DNA of 64,000 nt from Felis catus (lineage: Eukaryota), in NCBI RefSeq assembly GCF_018350175.1, contig NC_058368.1, positions 195,054,001 through 195,118,000 of the forward strand, written 5' to 3'. Under the pieces are notes generated by a model, which saw nothing but the letters and a program-made list of their open reading frames with translations, was not told the DNA's origin and did not search any database. How positions within the stretch are numbered: position 1 is the stretch's first letter; each line of letters starts with the position of its first letter. Positions 49,540 through 62,519 of the stretch are shown here, piece after piece. A program made the position numbers and the translations under genes.

Positions 49540-50319
49540 TAATGAGGTTTTTGGAGCGGTCGGGGGGGGGGGGGGTGGGATTCAGAGCTGACGGCCAAGA
49601 AAGAAATCTTTTAAAAAAAAATTTATTTTTAACGTTGATTTATTTTTGTGAGAGAGAGAGAGAGAGTGCAAGAGGGGGAGGAACAGAGAGAGAGGGAGAC
49701 ACAATCTGAAGTAGGCTCCAGGCTCTGAGCTGTCAGCACAGAGCCCAATGTGGGGCTGGAACTCACGAACCCCAAGATCATGACCTGAGCCGAGGTTGGA
49801 TGCTTCGCCGACTGAGCCACCCAGGCGCCCCAAGAAAGAATTCTTGAAGACCTCTTTAGTGCAAAAAGGTGATTTTGTTAAAGCACGGGGACAGGACTCG
49901 TGGGCAGAAAGACTGCACTGGGGTTGTGAGGGGTGACTGCTTAGACACTGTGGAGTTGGGGATGTAAAGTCAAGAGGAAGTTTCTTAAAGGATTTTCATA
50001 TGCTAAAGAAGACTCACAGATTACTGGAGGCCTAGCTATTGTGGGGCTAAGTTTATTTTCCCCTTTAGCAAAGCATTAACATTAAGACGGCAGGGAGTTC
50101 CTGGATTTTAGGCTGTGGGTAAGGTTGTCCTCTTTTTGTAATTGAACTAAGATATTTGTAAACTGATGGAGACTCTTTTTAGTTTGGCCATTTGTTTTCT
50201 GTCCTTCCCTTTGTTCTTGGGCAGCCAGAAGTACTTGAAGAATGTCACATATACCCCACCTGGGGTTGGGGGGTGCTAGCTAGTACTTTGCCCTCAGCTT
50301 GCCTTTTGGTCCCTCATCA
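49540..50319 (-). mobile_element. Solo ERV1-class LTR (carnivore-type) with inserted Can-SINE (~49610-49831)
   Basis: Inverted termini taatgagg ... cctcatca; 4-bp TSD tcct at 49536-49539 and 50320-50323. Confidence 0.75.
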
Positions 50320-52242
50320 TCCTCACTCTTGTTGCCTAACTGCCAGGAAATTGCAAAACCCCACACCTAGGACCTGTAGATTTTTGTCTCTTCCTTCCTT
50401 CCTACTAATTAAAAATGTGTTTTAGTTTTTTTAGATCTTTTGATTTTGAACCTATCATAGATTCACGAGACACTGAAAAGACATTAGTACTCAGAGGCCC
50501 CATGGACCCTTTACCCAGTTTCCCCCAATGGACTCATCTTCCATAATTCTTTCCTATTAAACTTTAATAGCTCACCTAATCCTTGCAACACCTCCATGAG
50601 ATCACTCTTCTTGTGACTGTTTTACATAAGGAGAAACTGAGTCCCAGAAAAATGAAGCACATTGTTCAAGATCCCCAGCAATTCGGTGGAGAATCAGGAC
50701 TTAACAATCCAGATTTCTTGGCTCCAAAGTTTGTCCGTGCTTCATTATTTCTTATTCTTCCCCCATCCCCTCCCTGACCCTGTCCGGGAAAAAGAAAAAG
50801 TCCTGAAGAGGCCCAGCCCCTGAAAGAATGCAGTTCTTTACATGCCTCAGAAGAGGAAGCGCCAGAATTTGCTGAAAAGTTGGAGGAGCCTCCCCTGCAT
50901 AGCTTGGCTGTAGAGTCATCAAAATTATGCTTGTGACCCAGACACCGCTTCAGACACTGCTTCAGATCCTTTCCCAAGCTGGAACACATTTTCTCCTTCC
51001 CTTAATGCTGCTCTTTGCCCGGTGTCTTTCTTCCTCTCCCAACCCCACCCCCCCATCCCCTGCTTTGATGTTTCTCTGATGCCAGAGGGTGAGTCTCCTG
51101 TGCCACGTAACATCATCTCCTTTCTGGTAAAGATACGACTGTGGCTCACCTTGCCTCGTAGACATGAGAAACGGCTCTGTGCCTGCTGAATAAATGTGAG
51201 ATCTCCTCAGAGCCAGAACACTGGTTTCTTCTCTGGAAGGTGACAGAAAACCCAACCCCAAAGAGCAGAAGCCAAAGGGGACAGATTGGTCTCTGTTAAG
51301 GAAAAGTCCAGGAGTAGGGCCATTTAACCCATAAGGATTGCACTCAGCTGTGTGTCACAGAAACTTGACCCCAGAGCTTTGGCCTCACTTTGCAAAGCCA
51401 CCTGGCCATGACCTAGAGTAAGCAGTCAAGGGTGCCGCTGTGTCTCCTTCCACCTGCCTTCCCCGGTGGCTTCCACACTCCTGCTGCTCTGTTTCCAGTC
51501 TTGGGTCTGCAGTCCGGAAGGAAGTGAACAAAGGGCAAAACTCTCCCCCCTTCCCCAGGCTTCCTCAGAAGCCCCAGGCATGGGCTTCTGCAGCAGGTCA
51601 TTGGCCAGAACCAGGTCCCATGGCCTCCCTGTGCTGCAAAGGCATCCAGGAAGCTGAGTGTTTGGGGTTGGACATAGAGCTAGCTCCCTGAGCAAAACTG
51701 AGCGTCTGCTGATTATTCAGAAGAGCAGGCAAATAGCGGTTTAGGGGCTCAGGCCAACGTCCCGGGGCCAGTCTCCGTCTCTGGGTCTCATTCTGTCTCT
51801 GCCTCTCTCCACTTTCTTCTATTTCGTGTTGGCTTTATGCTCACGCAGGCTTCCGTGTGATCTCAGGAAGGCTGCTGCTACTTTGGATCGTACATCCACT
51901 CCTGGTCCAGCCCAGGAGGAAAAGCCTAGATTCCATGTCGTACTTTGCGTCGTGTTCCTCCCTGATACAGTTACTGTGGCCATGGGGATCGGGGTGGCTT
52001 AGCCTAGTCTCATGCTCTGTGTCTAAGCTGGACTGAGTATAGGAGAGGGTATTAGCCGAGAGGGAAACCAAGGCATGGTTCCCAAAGAAGGAGAAAATGG
52101 GTGCCGGTGGTCCCACATCAAACACAACCAATCACAAATACTCCATGCGGAACCTCAGGAGTCATTACATTCAGACATGGTTAAATCACTGAAGGTGTGT
52201 GACAGCTTCCTAGATATTTGATCAAAATTTCATGTTTTAGAT

Positions 52243-52770
52243 CAGTGGTTCTCAAAGTGTGGTCTAGGGGTACCTTGGGGTCCCTTTAAGGGTCCAAACT
52301 ATTTTCATAATACTACTAACATGTCGTCTGCCTTTTTCACCCTCATTCTCTCCCAAGAGTCCAGTGGAGTTTTCCACAGGTGACATGCCATGTGGCGCTG
52401 ACAACTGCTGGGATGTTGTTTGTATATTCTTGGGTTTTAAAAAGATCTTCGTTTTGGGGTGCCTGGGAAGCTCAGTCCGTCCGACCTCAGCTCATGTGGT
52501 GATCTTGCGGTCTGTGAATTTGGGCCCCACGTCAGGCTCTGTGCTGACAGCTCGGAGCCTGGAACCTGCTTCGGATTCTGTGTCTCCCTCTCTCTGCCCC
52601 TCCCCTGCTCACACTCTCTCTCTCAAAAATAAACATTAAAAAAAAAGTCTCATTTTAATTTCTAATACAGTAAATATTGATGTTTGTAACCCATGAAATA
52701 AAAGTTCTTTAAGGGCCACAATCATTTTTAAGAAACTAAAGGCGTCCTGAGACCAAAGATTCGAGAACTG
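52243..52770. mobile_element. hAT-Charlie-type DNA transposon fossil with inserted Can-SINE (~52456-52647 +)
   Basis: cagtggttctcaaagtgtggtc start and ttcgagaactgttg end resemble Charlie/MER TIRs. Confidence 0.6.
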
Positions 52771-52960
52771 TTGTGAAGGGTAGCAGAATATACTGCCCCG
52801 TGTCACTTTGGCATACCTTGAAGTGGTTTATTCTGCTACCCTTTAGCTGGTTCAGATATTAAGTTTACTTGAAAATCTTAAAAGACACTCTTAGATCTTA
52901 AATAACATTACATGACAAATTTTAACACATTCTAGGTCATCATTAGTTTAGCTCTTTTTT

Positions 52961-52968
52961 TTAAAATT

Positions 52969-53011
<43 letters not shown>

Positions 53012-53372
53012 TTTTAAATTTACATCCAAATTATTTAGCATATAGTGCAACAATGATTTCAGGAGTAGATTCCTTAGTGCCCCCTTACACATTTAACCCA
53101 TCCCCCCCACCCACAACCCCTCCAGTAACCCTCAGTTTGTTTTCCATATTTATGAGTCTCTTCTGTTTTGTCCCCCTCCCTGTTTTTATATGATTTTTGT
53201 TTCCCTTCCCTTACGTTCATCTGTTTTGTCTCTTAAAGTCCTCATATGAGTGAAGTCATATGATTTTTGTCTTTCTCTGACTAATTTCACATAGCATCAT
53301 ACCCTCCAGTTCCATCCACGTAGTTGCAAATGGCAAGATTTCATTCTTTTTGATTGCCGAGTAATACTCCAT

Positions 53373-53420
<48 letters not shown>

Positions 53421-53653
53421 TTCTTTATCCATTCATCCATCGAGGGACATTTGGGCTCTTTCCATATTTTGGCTATTGTTGATAGTGCTGCTATAAACAT
53501 GGGGGTGCACGTGTCCCTTTGAAACAGCACACCTGTATCCCGTGGATAAATGCCTAGTAGTGCAATTGCTGGGTCGTAGGGTAGTTCTCTTTTTAGTTTT
53601 TTGAGGAACCTCCATACTGTTTTCCACAGTGGCTGTACCAGCTTGCATTCCCA
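52961..53653 (-). mobile_element. Young 5'-truncated felid L1
   Basis: Perfect 17-bp TSD tagtttagctctttttt (52944-52960, 53654-53670); ORF2 C-terminal remnant TCTPMFIAALSTIAKIWKEPKCPS; (TTTA)n tail. Confidence 0.92.
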
Positions 53654-54409
53654 TAGTTTAGCTCTTTTTTATCCATCAGGCTTAGCTGTGAGACCTAGAC
53701 TCACTCTATTTTATTACTCTGCCACACTCAACTTGGGGGTTAAACCTCATGTTCCAAATAGCTGGTTAAACTCCACCCATCCCAACTGCATTCCGTCAGC
53801 AAGGCACTTCCAGAAACTGCATATGGCACCACCACTATACACTTTGGTTAGGACTTAGCTATAGACTCCTGTGAAGGAGTCTGAGAAATTCTGTTTTTTA
53901 AACTGTTTGCCAGTTAAAGTCAGAGTTTCTATTGCCTAGAAAGAAGAGTATATAAAATATCAGTGGTCAACTATTAGGTTAACTTTTTTGGTGTACGGAC
54001 CCTGGAATAAAACTTCTCCTTTATTCTTTGTTTAATTGCAAAGTGTCCTGTGTTTCAAAGTGAGCTGTTTAAAAACAGTGACCATTTACGACACTACTTT
54101 TATTTTTTTTATAACGAGATTCTGTATATAATTTCTTTTGGAATTGGGGCATATTATTAAACAGTTTGATAACAATGATCTTTGGAAGGTCTCAAGCTGA
54201 AAGATGTATTTTGTCTATTACTGTATTCTCAAGCATTTTAAATATGAATGTCTTGAGAAAGGCTAGGTACTTTCTGCTTCACACCAGGCTCTACCCCACT
54301 CTCCTGAATTAAACTTGCCTACTTCACCAAATCTTAACATCTGCCTGGCTTCTGAAATGCCTATCAGATTATAACAGAGAGGGAAAGGATTTGCCTAAAG
54401 TCCAAGGAG

Positions 54410-55000
54410 AGGTGCCTGGCTGGCTCAGTCGGTAGAACATACAACTCTTGATCTCAGGGTCATGAGTTCAAGCCCCATAGAGGGTGTGGAGCCTCGAAAA
54501 GAAATGAAAAGAAAAGAAAAAAAAAAGGAAAGAAAAGAAATAAAGTCCAACAAGGATTTGTTGAACTTTGGAGAAACCAAGAAGTGGGTAAGTGTTCTTA
54601 CAGAATATAACCTCTAAAGTATGAATCAAGCACAGGTCACATAAAAAGATAATGGTGGAAATTAAGGTCAGATGTTGGAGAATCTTGGAGATGAGCTGGG
54701 AATACTGGCCTTGACTGTGTGGGTGGTAGAAAATCACTAGATTTTGAATTTTAAAGAGTCTAGAGTTGTTTGGGAGCTTATAGGGATTGCCTCTTTAAAT
54801 TCAAGAGTAAAATAATCTGATCTGGACATGAGAGTAGAGCACTTTAAAACAAGGCAGATAAGGGAGCCTGGGTGGCTCAGTCGGTTGAATGTCCTACTGT
54901 TGATTTCAGCTCAGGTCGTGATCCCAAGGTGGTGGGATCGAGCCCTACATCAGGCTCTGCATGGAGGCTCTCCAAGCTCTGAGCATGGAGCTTGCTTGAG

Positions 55001-55049
<49 letters not shown>

Positions 55050-57030
55050 CCCTCTTCATATTCCTTCCAAAATGTACCATTAGGCCAGTGTCTGTTTTCA
55101 GAATAGCTAACATTTTATTGGAAATGGCAGATTACAGCTGGACCATAAGCTCTGGAGAGCCAGGGACTATGTCCAGGAACATCATAGAACAAAACACAGT
55201 CCATAGTAGTTGTTTAGTTGAGGATTGTTGATTGACTGGATGAATTGGTAGGCACCTTGACATGTTTGGAAGGATCCAGAGATCTTTTAGTCTGATGCCT
55301 CCCATCTCCCTGAAGAAGAAACCAAGGCAAGGGGATTCCTAGTGAGACCAGCACCCAGTGAGAATTGGGTCCTGGGCCTCCCACCCCTCAGTCCAGGGCT
55401 GGCTTTACAACATCATAGCTTCTCAAAGTCAGAGTTTACCACGTTTTGTATTTTGGTATGAAATTGCCCTGAATCCACTGAGTCAGTAAATTATCTCCTT
55501 TTAAAATCTTTTCCAAACCTCCCCATCACCTCAAGGAGAAAGTCTTAGTTGGGAGCTACTGAATTGCTCACACCTTTCTAGCACTTGCTATCTTACTTTG
55601 CTTTAACGGCAAGGGGGCCAACTTTAGGCTCAGAGCCTTCACAAGTAACAACTAATTTAATTTAATTTAATATTTTAATCTAAAAGTTGTATGGCAATGT
55701 TCACACATACTTCAAAGCAAAGAGGGGCGCCTGGGTGGCGCAGTCGGTTAGGCATCCGACTTCAGCCAGGTCACGATCTCGCGGTCCGTGAGTTCGAGTC
55801 CCGAGTCAGGCTCTGGGCTGATGGCTCAGAGCCTGGAGCCTGTTTCCGATTCTGTGTCTCCCTCTCTCTCTGCCCCTCCCCCGTTCGTGCTCTGTCTCTC
55901 TCTGTCCCAAAAATAAATAAACGTTGAAAAAAAAAATTTTTTTTAAAAAAAAAGCAAAGAGAATAATATCATTAACCTTCCAGGTACCCATCACCCAGCT
56001 TCAGTGACCATCAACATTCTAGCAAGTTTATTTCACACATTGTTTTTCAGGAGTGTTTCAAAACAAATCTCATACATGATATCATTTCACCTATAAATAT
56101 GCCAGTATGTGTAACTAGTAAATCAGGACTTTTTTTTCAGCCTGGCTACATGGGGCTTAATCCCATGACCGTGAAATCAGGACCTGAGCCGGTACCAAGA
56201 GTCGGACGTTTAACCACCTGAGCCATCCAGGTGCCCCTAATTTTTTTATTTTAAAATCGATCTCTTAGGCTGTTAAATGTTGGTTGCTGATGATACTGAC
56301 ACATTTTATTTGTTTATCATATATATAGTTTGTTTATCCCATTGTTTCAAGATACTAAAATTAGTACTAAGACTACTAACTATATATATTTCTTAGTATA
56401 TATGTGACTAAGGATGAATGCCTAAAACACTGTTAAATTTACTCGAACCAATGATTCTCAGGATGGCTACGCCACCAACTTGATATATAATTAGGCTCAT
56501 TTGCTTCTGTACTTCTTTATTTTTAGAATATATCTCTTTGATATACTTTAGTATTTTTACATTTATCTATTTATTTATTTATTTAGACAGAGAGAGTGTG
56601 AGCGAGCTGGGGAGAGGGGCAGAGTGAGAGAGAATCTTAAGCAGGCCCCACGCTGTGCACCAACTTGTGGTTTTTATCCCACCACCGTGAGATCATGACC
56701 TGAGCCAAAATCAAGAGTCAGATGCACAGCCGACTGAGCCACCCAGGAGCCCCTACTTTAGTATTTTCATTTTTATTTTTTTAATTTACTTTTTAATTAA
56801 AAATTTTTAAAGGATGTCTGCTTATTCTTTTTTTTTTTTTAATGTTTATTTGTTCATTTTGAGAGAGAGAGCGAGCAGAGAGAGAGAGAGGGAAAGAGAG
56901 AATCCCAAGCAGGCTCCGTGCTGTCAGTACAGAGCCCCATGTGGGGTTCAGTCTCATAAGCTATGAGACCATGACCTGAGCCAAAATCAAGACTTGGATG
57001 CTTAACTGACTGAGCCACCCAGGCTCCCTT
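54410..57030. mobile_element. Can-SINEs: ~54410-54540 (+), 54862-55050 (+), 55724-55950 (+, young), ~56130-56238 (-), ~56560-56753 (-), ~56826-57028 (-)
   Basis: SINE consensus matches; TSDs taaagtccaa and aaagcaaaga. Confidence 0.85.
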
Positions 57031-57194
57031 TATATTTTTAATTATGTAAAGTATTTAATAGTTCCAAAGTTAGAACTATATAACGAGGTATATTCAGCTT
57101 TTATCAACAAGTAGTTTTATTAACAACGTCCCCTTCAGGGAACTGTTTCTATTAAGTTTTTGTTTGCCTTTGAAAATATAAGCAAATACACATA

Positions 57195-57540
57195 CTGTTG
57201 ACCCTTCAACAATTGGGGGTTAAGGGAACTCACCTCCACATAGTCGAAAATCTGAGTATAACTTTTGACTCCCACTCTCCCCCGGATTTAATTATTAATA
57301 GCCTGCTGTGGACTGGAAGCCTTACCAATAACATAAATAGTTGAGGAACACATATTTTACGTGTATTATCTATTATCTATTGTATTCTTTCAACATAGTA
57401 AGCTAGAGAAAAGAAAATGATATTAAGAAAACAGGAGGGAGGAGAAAACACATTTACAGCGTGGTGCTGTATTTATCGAAAAAAATCCACGCGTATGTGG
57501 AACCGTGCATTTCAAACCCGTGTTGCTCAAGGTTTAACTG
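57195..57540. mobile_element. Tigger3/MER7-like Tc1-mariner fossil
   Basis: TIRs ctgttgacccttcaacaa ... gtgttgctcaaggtttaactg, ~345 bp. Confidence 0.75.
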
Positions 57541-58170
57541 TGCATGTTTTCATTTCTCTCTCCCTTGCGCCCTGAACATTGCTCTGCAACTTGTTTCTTG
57601 TGGCTGTTACTCGTTTGTTTTTCACCTAATATGTCCCGAAAATCATCTTATAGCATATGTAGAAATTCATCTTCATTCCTTTTTACATTCAGTTAGCATT
57701 TAATGGCATAATTTTATTAGCATAAATGGATAATCTGGTAATTTAATCAAGGCGCTATTCATGCAGGTGTGGGCCCCATGTAGGTAAACCAGTGGGCTGG
57801 TGCAAATGCAAGGGGCCTGAGGGGTAAGAGTAGAAATGGTCCCTAGAACCAGAGATGGGCTGTCAGAGGCTGAGGAGCACAGCCAGTCTGTGCTGATCCC
57901 CGGGGAGGAGCTGGGGGGACAAATACTCCAGCCACACTCTTCTTTCTCTCCCTACCCAATCTCCCACTGATGCCCCCCTTTGACCAATCCCACATGGAAA
58001 CAGAGAGCATGGGCGCCCAGTGATCGGGCTTAAGGTTGGCCTCCCTGCCTCGGCACACACAAGAGTGGTGGAGAGTGGATCAGAGGGGCAAGCAGGACAC
58101 ATCCGGCAGAGCAGTGATAGTTTTCCCACTCAATAGTGATAAAAGCTTTCCTTTAAATTAAATATATTTT

Positions 58171-58635
58171 GGGGCACCTGGGTGGCTCTGTCGGTTAAGG
58201 GTCTGACTTTAGCTCAGGTCATGATCTCACAGTTCGTGAGTTCGAGCCCCGTGTCGGGCTTTGTGCTGACAGCTCGGAGCCTGGAGCCTGCTTCCAATTC
58301 TGTGACTCCCTCTTTCTCTGTCCCTCCCCTGCTCACACTCTCTCGCTCTCAAAAATAAACATTACAATTAAAAAAAAATAAATTAAATATATTCTGGTTT
58401 TAAACAATAAGTTGAAGGGCGCCTGGGTGGCTCAGTCGGTTAAGCATCCGACTTTGGCTCAGATCATGATCTCACAGTTCTTAGGTTCGAGCCCCATATC
58501 TGGTGCTGTGATGACGGCTCAGAGCCTGGAGTCTCCCTATCACTTTGCCTGTCCCCTACTTGTACTCTCTCTCTCTCTCTCTCTCTCCCCCTCTCTCTTG
58601 AAAATAAATAAAACATTAAAAAACACAAATATGAA
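58171..58635 (+). mobile_element. Two tandem Can-SINEs (58171-58380, 58417-58635)
   Basis: Full heads and tails; TSDs aaattaaatatatt and aataagttgaa. Confidence 0.88.
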
Positions 58636-59776
58636 AAATAAGTTGAAGAACAGCAAGTAATGCTATGGGTGTTATGAGGCTATGGCAAAAGGGGGGATGT
58701 GGTGCCAGGTGACAGCGGTCTGGGAAGCCCTGCTCAGGACCACACTGACCTCTTGTATTTTAGGCAATGGCTCCTCTCCCTCCCGGCCCTTCCCTGGCTG
58801 CCTTTCCTCTGGACCTTTGAGAGTTGCTGAGAAACATTAGGGAAAGGATATTTTTAATTGGAAAGAGAGGGAGAGGCCCTGGGAGGTCATTGGGTGAAGG
58901 GCTTTGAGAGCCGCTGAAACGGACCCACGCTCCTCTGGGCATTCTACTGACTGCTCCCCCCACCTTGCAACCCACGCCCTTGGCCACCCTCCCGGGGAGC
59001 ACAGGGACCTCTTTCTTATTCCTTGGCCAGCTGAGCAGCTGAGGAAAGCTGGACGCTGCCTGTCCTTGGGGTTTGAACGTCTGGGTTGGAAACCGGAGAA
59101 GGACCTTATAGGGTAAAAGAGTCCCTGCCTGTGTTCAGTCCCAGCTCCCCCTGGCCCTGGCTCACAAGCCAGCCATGGCCTAAGGGCTGAGTGATGACCT
59201 CAGAGAAGCTTCGATTTCTCTCCAAGAACCCAGGGAGGCAGAAAGCTGTGCGATTGGGGGATGGGAGGGGTAAAAGAGACAGTTCTTAAAGGGAGGCATT
59301 CCTCCTGCCTGTCCTTGCCTCCATCTCTAGATAATCTCACTCACTCAGATGAGTGGCTGAGCCCTTCCTCTGTGCTGGGCACTGTGCAAACCCTAGGGAC
59401 ACAATGGGGACAAGGTATGTGTCTCCCTCTGGAAACTCCCAGTACAGTGGAGAAGACAGGAGAGTAAACAGTTACAGTGCCAGAGCCCGTAGGGGCGGTG
59501 CCTAACCCAGAACTTGAGAGGCTGGAGAGGCCAGGCTTTGCAGGGACTTGCAGCAACCTGATGGAACTTGAAGGGTAGCTGTGCAGGGGAATGAAATGTT
59601 TAGGCAGAGGGGTAATGTAATCAGATTTGTGTTCAAGAGACTCCTCATGGTGCCCTAGAGATAGCTCTCAAATTGTCCCCACATTTCTACCCTTACTGTC
59701 ATTCCCTGAATCTCAGCAATAGCAACTTCTCCTTCCTGAACCCCCAAGCATGTTGTGCTCTGCTTCAGGTGAATCT

Positions 59777-60016
59777 ATCCTTCCCTTCATCCTCCCTTCA
59801 TCCTCCCTTCATCCTCCCTTCTTCCTTCCTTCCTCCCTTCCTTCCCTCTCCCTTCCTTCTTCCTTCCTCCCTTCCTTCCTTCTTCCTTCCTTCCTCCCTT
59901 CTCCTTTCCTTCTTCCTTCTCCCTTCCTTCCTTCCTTCCTTCCTTCCTTCCTTCCTTCCTTCTCCCTTCCTCCCTCTCCCTTCTCCCTTCCTTCCTTCCT
60001 CCCTTTCTCTCTCTCC

Positions 60017-60063
<47 letters not shown>
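59777..60063. repeat. ~290 bp polypyrimidine/polypurine compound repeat: (CATCCTCCCTT)-like units, (CCTT)n, (TTTC)n
   Basis: Almost purely C/T on the + strand. Confidence 0.95.
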
Positions 60064-60088
60064 AATGATATATAATTCACATACCATA

Positions 60089-60460
60089 TACTATGGGCTG
60101 AACTCAGTTCCCCCAAACCCATATGTTGAAGTCCTAACCCCCAGTACCTCAGAATGTGGAGACAGAGTCTTTAAAGATGTAATTAAGTTAAAATGAGGTC
60201 ACTATGGTGGGCTCTAATTGCACACAACTGGCGTCTTTATAAGAAGAGGAAATTTGGAGGGAAGACCAAGGGCCAAGGGCAGACACAGAGAGAAGGTAGC
60301 TGTCTACAAGCCAAGGGCAGAGGCCTCAGAAGAAACCAACGCTGACAACCCCCCTAATCTCAGACACCCAGCCTCCAGAGCTGTGAGAACATACAACTGC
60401 TGTTGTTTAAGCCACTACGTTTGTGGGACTTTGTTGTTGCAGCCCTGGCAAATTAGTACA
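60089..60460 (+). mobile_element. MLT1B-like MaLR solo LTR inserted in an old minus-strand L1 3' end (~60063-60760)
   Basis: catatgttgaagtcctaacccccagtacctcagaatgtg ... tgtttaagccac; 5-bp TSD-like ccata/tcata. Confidence 0.8.
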
Positions 60461-61171
60461 TCATACCATTAACTCACCCATGTGAGGTGTATAATTCAGT
60501 GTCTATTTACAGACCATCACCGCAGTCAATCTTAGGGTATTTTCTCACCCCCAAAAGAAACCCCTTACCCATTATCAGTCACTCCCCATCCCTCCTAGGG
60601 CCCTATCCCCTCAGCCCCTTTCCCAGGCAACCACTAACCTTTTTTCTGTCTCTATAGATTTGTCTACTCTGGACATTTCATGTACATGGTCCCATGTAAT
60701 GCATGGTCTTTCGTGACTGCCTTTTTCACTTAAGCATGGTGCTCTCATGGTTTGATTGCACTACCTTCCTTGGTGTCTGTTAGCTATGTGTACTTGTGCC
60801 TTTTCCTGCCCATAAAGATCAGTTGCCCATGGACACAACTCATGTCTGATTCATGCCTTTACTGTCCACAGCACATGCCTGCCATAGAGTGGATTCATTT
60901 TTCTGTGAAATCATTTTCAATGTAGATAAGGAGGAAAAAAAGAACGTTAAAGAAATTAGTGTATAGGCCTTAGAACGGATTACATTGTGTGACCTTGCCA
61001 GTAGTAAGCATCAAAATAAAATTCCACTTAACCCTAACATTCATCAGTGTAAAATTCCTAATAATGACAGCAGCATTATGCCTTAAACTTTCTAACCTTT
61101 GCATCTACTAAGACTGGCTTTTTTTAACGTCATATGGTGAGTTTCTGATAATGGAAAAATCATCCCTGTTA

Positions 61172-61372
61172 GAGGTGCCCGGGTGGCTCAGTCAGTTAAG
61201 CGTCCAACTCTTGATTTCGGCTCAGGTCATGGTCTCACAGTTCGTGAGTTTGAGCCCTGTGTTGGGCTCTGTGTTGACAGTGTGGAACTTGCTTTAGATT
61301 CTCTCTCTCTCTGCCCTCCCCTGCTTGTGCTCTCTCTCAAAATAAATACACTTAAAAAAAAACTTAAAAAAG
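61172..61372 (+). mobile_element. Can-SINE
   Basis: gggtggctcagtcagttaagcgtcc head, (CT)n, A tail. Confidence 0.85.
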
Positions 61373-61875
61373 GACATCACTGTCAAACCACTGTATGCAT
61401 TGTGTGAAGCACGAGGGCTATTTCAGTGACCAAGACAGAGAAGGTCCCTGCTCATGTGGCACTTAGATTCTGGGGAGAGTGAGAGAGAGAACAAGCCAGT
61501 AAATAAAACACAGGAGTTTGATCTTGTGGTAAGGGCTATAAAGAAAATACCCCAGGGTGGGATGATAGAGTGATTGGAGATTGTGGGCGGGTAATGAATT
61601 TCATTGGGATTAGGTGGTTAGTGAAGGTTTCTCTCAAGAATTAGGTGAGCTGAGATCAGATGGATAGGGGTGTAGCTTGTGTGTGAAGACCTGAGCTTAG
61701 AGCATTCCAGGCAGGGGAACAGCAAGTGCCAAGTCCCCACGTGGTAGAACACGTATCATGCTTGACAGAGAGAAGGTAGTAAGGAGTATAGAGCAAGGGA
61801 GAGAGTAGTTTGACCTGAAGCCTGATGGCTGGGGACAGCTTTGAGGGTCAAGAGAAAGCGTTTGGGTTTTACTCT

Positions 61876-62477
61876 TTTTTTTTTAAATTAATTAATTAAA
61901 GTATTTTTTAATTTACATCTAAGTTAGTTAGCATTTAGTGCAACAATGATTTCAAGAGTAGATTCCTTCATGCCCCTTACCCATTTAGCCCGCCCCCCCC
62001 ACAACCCCTCCCGTAACCCTCAGTTTGTTCTATTTGAGTCTCTTATGTTTTGTCCCCCTCCTTGTTTTTCTATTATTTTTCCTTCCCTTCCCTTATGTTC
62101 ATCTGTTTTGTATCTTACATTCCTCCTATGAGTGAAGTCATATGGTATTTGTCTTTCTCTGACTAGTTTTGCTTAGCAAGAATTTTTTTTCAGAGTGGCT
62201 GCACCAGTTTGCATTCCCACCAGCAGTGCAAAAGAGATCCTCTTTCTCCGCATCCTTGCCAATATCTGTTGTTGCCTGAGTTGTTAACGTTAGCCATTCT
62301 GACTGGTGTAAGGTGGTATCTCATTGTGGTTTTGATTTGTATTTCCCTGAGGATGAGTGATGTTGAGCATTTTTTCATGTGTCTGTTAGCCATCTGGATG
62401 TCTTCTTTGGAGAAGTGTTTATTCATATCTTTTGCCCATTTCCTCACTGGATTATTTGTTTTTTGGGGTGTTGAGTT
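61876..62477 (-). mobile_element. 5'-truncated felid L1 with internal deletion, inserted into an L2-like fossil
   Basis: ORF 62190-62447 is the L1 ORF2 C-terminal region (...[20 protein letters not shown]); imperfect 18-bp TSD at 61858-61875 and 62478-62495. Confidence 0.9.
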
Positions 62478-62519
62478 GCATTTGGGTTTTATTCTAATGG
62501 GATAGGAAGCATTAAGGGT

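Noticed and set aside
59673..60196. Leu/Pro/Ser/Phe-rich and Lys/Glu/Arg-rich ORFs
   Set aside because: Translations of the (CCTT)n/(TTTC)n repeat.
62190..62447. ORF with a cysteine-rich C-terminus (also 53297-53654)
   Set aside because: Fragments of L1 ORF2p in truncated elements, not host genes.
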